Of a stretch of 64,000 nt of DNA, positions 61,986-64,000 are shown piece after piece; positions within the stretch are counted from its first letter, which is position 1, and each line of letters begins with the position of its first letter. Both the position numbers and the translations under genes were made by a program. The stretch spans positions 19,402,768-19,466,767 of the forward strand of contig JARFYF010000017.1 in the NCBI GenBank assembly GCA_030265395.1, given 5' to 3'. The notes under the pieces were generated by a model, which was given only the letters and a program-made list of their open reading frames with translations, ran no database searches and was not told the DNA's origin. Source of the DNA: Rhina ancylostomus (Eukaryota).

Positions 61986-64000
61986 TGCCTCCTCATACCT
62001 GCTTCACCATTCAGTGAGATTTATTTTTATCTCCACTTTCCAGAAAACTTGTGTAATAAATGTAGCTATGAACTGTTTCAGGATATAGCAGGGTATGAAA
62101 GAGTTAATATTCCAGAATCCAGTCAAACTGCATGAAGAACAGGGATAGCTGGGAATAATTACAAGGTTGTATTCTGATGGAGGGGTTCAAATGATATCAT
62201 AAACTGTAGGAGTGAAGCTCAAGTGGTTTATGACTGTCATCTGAACCCATGATTAAATTACTGCTTTGTAATCACTCCTAGGTATCTTCTTAATAAAGTT
62301 TCTGCTGTGAACTGTAGAGTTATTTCTAATAGATATCTAAGAATATTGTTTTTTGTTCATGAAGTGTTTTATTTTATAGTTTGTTAAAGGTTTAAATGAA
62401 AAGAAAATCATCAGCGAGTTCTAAAACCCCATGTATAATTTTTTTCTTAAAATATACTGACCTGTAGTTAGTTACCAGAAATCNNNNNNNNNNNNNNNNN
62501 NNNNNNNNNNAATGAGCATCATACCTGAATGCAGAATCATAGCCAGTACATTGCAAATTAAAGCTTTGGAGGACTTTTTTTTTTGAGTTTAATGAAACAA
62601 GCACAGACTAAGCATTATGTTCAAAGTCCCTATGTTTTAAAGACCTTCCTCTAATGGCAGTGAATGAACTCTGAGCCTGTCAATTTTGCTCAGGAATGGT
62701 CCTAATGTTCTCCAGTCGTGCTTGCAGCCTTAGAGATTGGCAGAGTGGAGAATTGTATCAGTAAAATATACAGCAGAGGACTCTGATCATCACTAACAAC
62801 CAGCTGGTCCCGGAAATGTTGCATTTGAAATGAGATATTTGTTAAATGGCATGTTTTAATATTAATCTTCCAGCAGGGTGCTGGTCCGATGGCAGTGTGT
62901 GTTGGTGTTCTAACATGCTGTGTCACACAATGTTTCTTACATTGCGCATTCCCAGTCTCAGCTGGGCTGTTTGAAGAGGTGCCAAATGCAGGCACAGAGG
63001 AGAGAAGTCTGAGGGCATATCAACCTGTTGCACTCAGCATTCAATTACATAATGCAGCTGGCAGAGAACTGGAACCCCTTTAAAATGCTCTTCAGACTGC
63101 ATGATAAATCCACAAACTTTACATTGATTCCTTCCTTATAGATCTGCAGTTATGTGAGATTTATTGAAGCTCTTAAAAAAACAAAATGATGCTCTGAAAT
63201 ATTGAACTCTTATTGTTATTTTAAATACTGATCACATTGTTTCTTTTTTATTTCTTTCTTCGATGTACTATTTTAGGGCACAGTGAGGATGCTATCAACC
63301 CTCAGGCACCAAACATTTCTCTATATATCTGAGCCTAGATAGTGCATGGTTAACTGTTCTTATAACTACAGAGTGAAACCAAACCACCTTGGCTGGCTTT
63401 GNNNNNNNNNNNNNNNNNNNNNNNNNNNNNNNNNNNNNNNNNNNNNNNNNNNNNNNNNNNNNNNNNNNNNNNNNNNNNNNNNNNNNNNNNNNNNNNNNNN
63501 NTTCTAATCGTAAAGTTCAATGAATGTTCAGCACAGCTTTGTGGGCTGAAGGGCCTGAATTGTGCTGTAGGTGTTTCTATGTTTCTATGACCTGGACATC
63601 ATATCAGGAGATGACTCTGTCACTCAGACCGGGTTTGGAGCACTGTTTGACCAAAGCAAAACCTTAACATAGATATGTTCGTAGAATAATAGCTGTCATT
63701 TCAAATCACAACATCCATTAAATAATTTTTCTTGTCCCCATGTTGGAATTCCATGATATGCTGTCATATTGATGTGGTCCTGATAGTCCTCTACTCCATA
63801 TAGGTATCATGATTTGAGATCAGACAAGGTCAAGGAACCCTCCTGCAGATTATCACTTTCCCCTCATTTCAGTGGGCCTATATAATGAGTATTAGTGTGA
63901 GGAAGTTCTGAGGGTAGCAAGCACACAGAATGCTCTCTGATCTGATTGGCTTCACTCTAAGTGCCTCAGTGAATGCACTACTGACCAAACTAGCTGAGCC

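Overview
Eukaryotic, AT-rich, CpG-depleted genomic DNA from a gappy draft assembly with many N-runs. The repeat set points to a cartilaginous fish, probably a batoid (inference): CR1 and L2 LINE fragments, Rex1/Babar and RTE LINE 3' ends, V-SINEs, a Deu-domain SINE and Penelope-like elements. I found no intact host protein-coding gene, rRNA, tRNA or CRISPR array. The window reads as intergenic or intronic. Long ORFs in the track are N-gap artefacts, and the ORFs that can be interpreted are decayed TE fragments. Main observations: (1) an internally deleted Ty3/Gypsy relic at about 5.5-7.9 kb; (2) dispersed Penelope-derived hairpin elements carrying degenerate minimal hammerhead-ribozyme motifs; (3) a young CpG-rich 221-bp LTR-like unit with a second partial copy about 1 kb away and a possible ATGG target-site duplication; (4) three nested TE insertions and three SINE/LINE tail pairings; (5) TE-poor tracts with enhancer-like motif clusters and short palindromes; (6) a few well-formed + strand splice-site pairs that may belong to an unannotated transcript. 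Family assignments come from recalled consensus motifs, not database searches, and most TE boundaries are approximate. I cannot demonstrate a new biological system from the sequence alone.
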